This document shows, one piece after another, positions 60,897 to 64,000 of a DNA stretch of 64,000 bases (position 1 is the first letter of the stretch; the number at the start of each line of letters is the position of its first letter). The notes below the pieces were generated by a model. It had not been told where the DNA came from, made no database searches, and saw only the letters and a list, made by a program, of their open reading frames with translations. The stretch is from contig JBNRSN020000010.1 in NCBI GenBank assembly GCA_051313645.2, positions 5,580,001 to 5,644,000 on the forward strand, read 5' to 3'. Origin of the DNA: Centroscyllium fabricii. Lineage: Eukaryota. The position numbers and the translations under genes were made by a program.

Positions 60897-61855
60897 TAGT
60901 TCAAGTTCAAGTTATATTTGTCACATGTACTAAATACAATTTAGACAGTGAAATGCTTACTGCGATCCGAACACACCGCGCAACAAGGAAATTACGCACG
61001 GAGCCCGCAAGACGTCAGCCATTCTACGGCGCCATCATCGTGGGTCCCGTTCCTGCTCCGGCTTCTCTGTTCGATGTTCTTCCTCCTCTGCTGCTCCGTT
61101 TACTTTACTCCGCTGCTGCCTCTACCGTTGTTTCTCGTCGCAGATGTGAAGCGGGTGCGGTGTCCGATGGCCCGGGCCTACCACATGGCCCGACGCCAGG
61201 CCGAGACCCCTGAATCCTCCCGAACTCCCAGCCGAATAGGTCTTAAAGGGGAAGCAGAGCAGCATCTTTTCCTCCCCGCGCTCTCATCAATTGGCCAATC
61301 GGGGGCCACCCAACCCCCATCACCGCTCTCTGATCAGTTGCTGGATCGGGGGGTCGGGCGACGCCCGAGCGGCAACAGATCAGAGAACGGGGAGGGAGTT
61401 TGGGCGGATGCCCTCTCCGCTCTCATCAATTGGCCGTTCGGGCCGACTCTCTCCACCCCCCCTCATCAGCTGGCCGCTTGGACTGAAGAGCGAGGGTGGC
61501 ACTATTAGCAGCGCTGCAGCGGCCACTCAAACCCATTGCAGCGCTTGCCGAAGCTGGCGCTGGCAGCGCGGGGCGAGGTGGACTGTCGCATAAGCAAATT
61601 TCAGGCACAGTCCGGCGGGCGGGCGTTGCACATTCATTTCCACGAGGATTGCTGATCGCTAATTAGCGCGCGCTAACGTTTAGCGCCTGGCACTAATTTG
61701 GCGCCGGCCCATTAGCGCCGATTTTCAGCGCTAATGGGCCGACGCTAAGGCGCCAATTTCACGCCCATAGAGTTATACAGCACAGAAAGAGGCTCATTGT
61801 GTCCGCGCCAGCCATCAGGCCCTTTCTATTCCCATTTTCCAGCGCTTGGTCCATT
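60897..61855. mobile_element. Composite insertion: retroposon 3' tail ((TTGAAC)n on -), GC-rich palindromic MITE-like segment and CR1-like tail
   Basis: GTTCAAGTTCAAGTTATATTTGTCAC at 60899; hairpin CCCATTAGCG...CGCTAATGGG at 61708-61738; interrupts pol. Confidence 0.45.
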
Positions 61856-61859
61856 AAAA

Positions 61860-63850
61860 CAGACCTCCGCTTCCTTTGTCACCGCGACTGGCACCTCTAG
61901 AGCCACTACTTTGGCTTTCTGCTGGTTATCTACTTCGGTCACCCACCTGACCAGGTCGTCATAAGTCTGCATTGTGACCAATCATGTCTTTAATATGGCC
62001 TGGTGGGCATTGCTCAGTCCCTCTTTGTACATCTTTAGGAATGCCAAATTGTCGCTGTGTGATGAAATATGTATGTTCATCAGTCTGTGCTTTTCACCTG
62101 GACTTGCCTGTGCTAGGAATGTATGGAATGTATGTACCGCCCACCTTTGTCTATTGTATATGTCGGGCTCCACCCTTGTCTTTTGTTATACGGAGGACTC
62201 CAGAGCGGCTTGAGCCATTCGACCTGGAGAACTCAGTGTGAGAACATGCACCACAGTTCTTAGTTATTAAAAGCCTACCTTTAAGTCCTTAAACCTCTCG
62301 CTTGGATTATTAATGGCCTATCACCCTGTGTGGCGCTATTATCACGGAGTACTCATAATTGTGAGCAGATTCCCTTTTATTTTGAGTAATTCCTATGACT
62401 ATTCCCCAGTTTACGGGTACGACTCTCATAACACGAGTTACGTCGTCCCTAAACTGCGTATAAGCAGCCTGGTGAAGTGCGGCTGTGGGGGCTACATCCT
62501 GACACCATGTCCCATCCCTAAAGTCTGTTCCTAATCATTGCCACATGTCTTCACATGGCCAGGCCCTGAACCAGTCCCAGAAGGTCACGGTTATCGAAAT
62601 TATGACAGATCCTCATCTCCCTCAGTTTTTTGCCAAAAAGTCCATGTTACTTTGTCGCGGCTCTGGGTCTGGCAATAATTGCAACAATTTTAATCTGTGT
62701 CTCCTGGAGAGAATGATACGTATGTCATCTTGTCTTGATCTGGGACTGCCAGGGAACCTCCGCCTGACCTGCAGGAGTTCCCGGTCGAAATTCTACCTTA
62801 ACTTCCCCAGTCATTATCATCCCTATTATGTTCGGCCGTCTTTCTATCTAAGTCGCCTCAATCTATTCCATCCTGGTCTTCTCCTTTCAATGGCCCTGGT
62901 AATGCTGGGACTGTGGCCATTACTGGTACCCTGGTAAAATGTTGCCAGCCGTTTTTGGTCAATGTACGAGTACCGCTACTCAGTTCGTAATAGGCACGCA
63001 TTACTAATATTATGGCTTTTTCTTCTTTCTTTCTGTTTGGTTTGGTTTTCCTACCATTCTCTTTGTTTACTAGATTCATAGAAATATAGAAGATAGGAGC
63101 AGGAGTCGGCCATTCGGCCCCTCGAGCCTGCTCCGCCATTCAGTGAGATCATGGCTGATCATCCAAACTCAGTACTCTGTCCCTGCTTTCTCCCCATATC
63201 CCTTGATCCCTTTAGCCTTAAGAAATATATCTAACTCTTTCTTGAATATATTTAATGAATTGGCCTCTACCGTCTTTTGTGGTGGAGACTTCCACAGGTT
63301 CAACACTCTCTGGATGAAGAAATTCCTCCTCATCTCAGTTCTAAATGGCTTACTCCTTATCCTTAGACTATGACCCCTGGTTCTGGACTCCACGACCATT
63401 GGGAACATCCTTCCTGCATCTAGTCTGTCCAGTCCTGTTAGAATTTTATATAAGTTTCAATGAGATCCCCTCTCATTCTTCTAAACTCCAGCGAGTATAA
63501 GCCCAATCGACCCAATCTCTCCTCATACATCATTCCTGCCATCCCAGTTATCAGTCTGGTGAATCTTCGCTGCACTCCCTCCATGGCAAGAACATCCTTC
63601 CTCCGATAAGGCGACCAAAACTGCACACAATGTTCAAGATGTAGTCTCACCAAGGCCCTGTACAACTGCAGCAAGACATCCTTGTTCCTGTACTCAAACC
63701 CTCTCCCGACGACAGGTACATCGTTGGCTTGCCAATCATTTTTAAGCATTATTTTCAAATAACCATTTGTTTATTACTGCTAGGTACTGTGTGAGGGACC
63801 CTTCTGGCCACCAATCGAGCGCGTCCTCCTTACCGGCCGCCATTCTGTCT
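61860..63850 (-). pseudogene. RNase H-like (61860-62240) and gag-like (62250-63850) remnants of the provirus
   Basis: MAQAAL...DIYNRQRWAV resembles SAQAAEL...IYTDSRYA; candidate gag start MAAGKEDALDWWP near 63843; MHR-like TQNKRESAHNY. Heavily degraded. Confidence 0.45.
63078..63708 (-). mobile_element. CR1 LINE 3' fragment
   Basis: RGFEYRNKDVLLQLYRALVRLHLEHCVQFWSP...GYGEKAGTEY*. Confidence 0.9.
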
Positions 63851-64000
63851 GGGTTTAGTTATTGTCAGAGGTACACCTGTTGCCATACTTCATCCCGAAG
63901 TCAGCGCACTACTTGCAACTTATACCATGCGTAGTGTTCCGCATGTTTCGCCAAGATCCCTTTCGACCACTTGACCTTCAGGTTTCTTTTTGTTCTACAA

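Larger units (their letters stand above)
38615..64000 (-). mobile_element. Degraded env-bearing endogenous retrovirus-like provirus, split by nested insertions; 5' LTR outside the window
   Basis: Collinear - strand remnants: gag-like (about 62250-63850), RNase H-like (61860-62240), integrase (60000-60896), env in five pieces (39675-59990), PPT 39560-39569 and 3' LTR 38615-39558. Confidence 0.75.

Noticed and set aside
63930-63960. TGGCGAAACATGCGGAA (- strand) as the proviral PBS
   Set aside because: It is not adjacent to a copy of the LTR end seen at 38615, and I cannot match it to a tRNA 3' end.

Overview
Eukaryotic, repeat-dense vertebrate DNA, most likely from a cartilaginous fish: it carries HE1/V-SINE-like, Deu-domain SINE and HER1/CR1-like repeats. 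One host gene is present: the last seven coding exons of a PAT1-family mRNA decay factor (PATL1-like, + strand, 1413-28530, all GT-AG with consistent phases), followed by a repeat-poor probable 3' UTR to about 33230. Nearly everything else is mobile DNA: CR1-like, L2-like, RTE and Penelope fragments, a truncated BEL/Pao element with a tRNA-Phe PBS, an apparently intact AT-rich two-ORF LINE (33582-38359), pogo/Tigger-like MITEs, a 5S-derived SINE and several minisatellites derived from retroposon pieces. From about 38615 to the window end lies a decayed env-bearing provirus (- strand), split by deeply nested insertions that include three full-length Gypsy elements. Two observations stand out. 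(1) All three Gypsy elements lack a tRNA PBS; instead they carry a 12-14 nt leader that is the exact, co-varying reverse complement of their own LTR poly(A)-signal segment, suggesting self-priming and/or 5'-LTR poly(A) occlusion. (2) The provirus Env has a furin site, fusion peptide and long cysteine-containing transmembrane subunit, an architecture closer to lokiretrovirus or Mononegavirales F-like envelopes than to gamma-type Env. Family assignments are from recognition of motifs by eye; no searches were run.
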